64,000 nt of DNA, from IMG/VR virus record IMGVR_UViG_3300045988_132703; one strand, given 5' to 3'. A program made the position numbers and the translations under genes. The notes beneath the pieces were generated by a model. It was not told where the DNA came from, searched no databases, and saw only the letters and a program-made list of their open reading frames with translations. Shown here piece after piece: positions 63,633-64,000 of the stretch. The stretch is from a virus. Position 1 is the stretch's first letter, and the number at the start of each line of letters is the position of its first letter.

Positions 63633-63893
63633 ATGAATATGAATAAAATTAAATGCGAAATCCCGAGCAACATTTTTGAAAATTTCCCCGTTGGCACTAT
63701 TTTCTCAAATGATGGCGATTTTTACATCAAAATCAATCAAGATGAAATTTTAAATAACCTTGAGTATTCAGAGGAAGTTGACAAGGGCAATATACCGAAT
63801 GCTGTTCGTTTAAGTGACGGTAAGGCTGCGTATTTCAATGATCGAGACAGAATTGACATGATTTATTTTAATACTACGCTATCAATCAGCTGA
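63633..63893 (+). CDS. small beta-rich protein, family member
   Basis: FENFPVGTIFSNDGDFYIKI...LSDGKAAYF. Confidence 0.55.
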   Translation: MNMNKIKCEIPSNIFENFPVGTIFSNDGDFYIKINQDEILNNLEYSEEVDKGNIPNAVRLSDGKAAYFNDRDRIDMIYFNTTLSIS

Positions 63894-63898
63894 ACTTC

Positions 63899-63925
63899 GC
63901 GCCCTTCATGGGCGCATTTTTTTTT
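63899..63925 (+). terminator. terminator of 63388-63893 unit
   Basis: GCGCCC-ttcat-GGGCGC then A-T9. Confidence 0.65.
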
Positions 63926-63933
63926 GTATCAAA

Positions 63934-63979
63934 AGTTAGTTGAGACTAATCCGCCCGGGCAAGTTAATCATGCCTAACT
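63934..63979. repeat. C-B-C module
   Basis: AGTTAGTTGAGACTAAT / GCCCGGGC / AGTTAATCATGCCTAACT. Confidence 0.7.
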
Positions 63980-64000
63980 CAAGGTAAAATTAAAACCGCC

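Overview
The window reads as one contiguous piece of an AT-rich tailed-phage genome with no cellular housekeeping genes. It has three blocks.

(i) 1-24.1 kb, + strand: a virion and tail-fibre module. Standard-code ORFs here are broken by about 50 in-frame TAG codons (hand count). Reading TAG as a sense codon (Gln, code-15-like) fuses them into long, tightly packed genes, e.g. 6809-10279, 16819-19176 and 21545-23560.

(ii) 24.1-53.4 kb, + strand: an early/middle region. It consists of short transcription units, each behind a near-identical cassette of terminator, sigma70-type promoter and leader. It holds a 12-kb tRNA island with at least 15 tRNA genes and three TAG-rich homing-endonuclease genes. 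Other genes include an RNA ligase, a Pol-beta-type nucleotidyltransferase, a GatB/YqeY-domain protein, an SPFH protein, membrane proteins and a CX5R phosphatase. A 2-kb GC-richer cassette is bounded by about 42-bp direct repeats.

(iii) 53.4-64 kb: a polypurine tract of about 0.65 kb with AGAGGGAGAGG iterons lies between convergent terminators. It is followed by mixed-orientation single-gene units encoding basic-tailed small proteins, a DEDDh exonuclease, a kinase-like protein, a deoxyribosyltransferase-like protein and a HAD nucleotidase-like protein. Their intergenic regions carry a modular repeat set: an AT-rich palindrome, GCCCGGGC, and AGTTAG-N6-CTAACT.

The promoter and SD style suggests a Gram-positive (Bacillota-like) host; this is inference. 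Several apparent frameshifts sit in homopolymers and may be assembly errors. All functional calls come from motif recognition by eye. No searches or folding programs were run.
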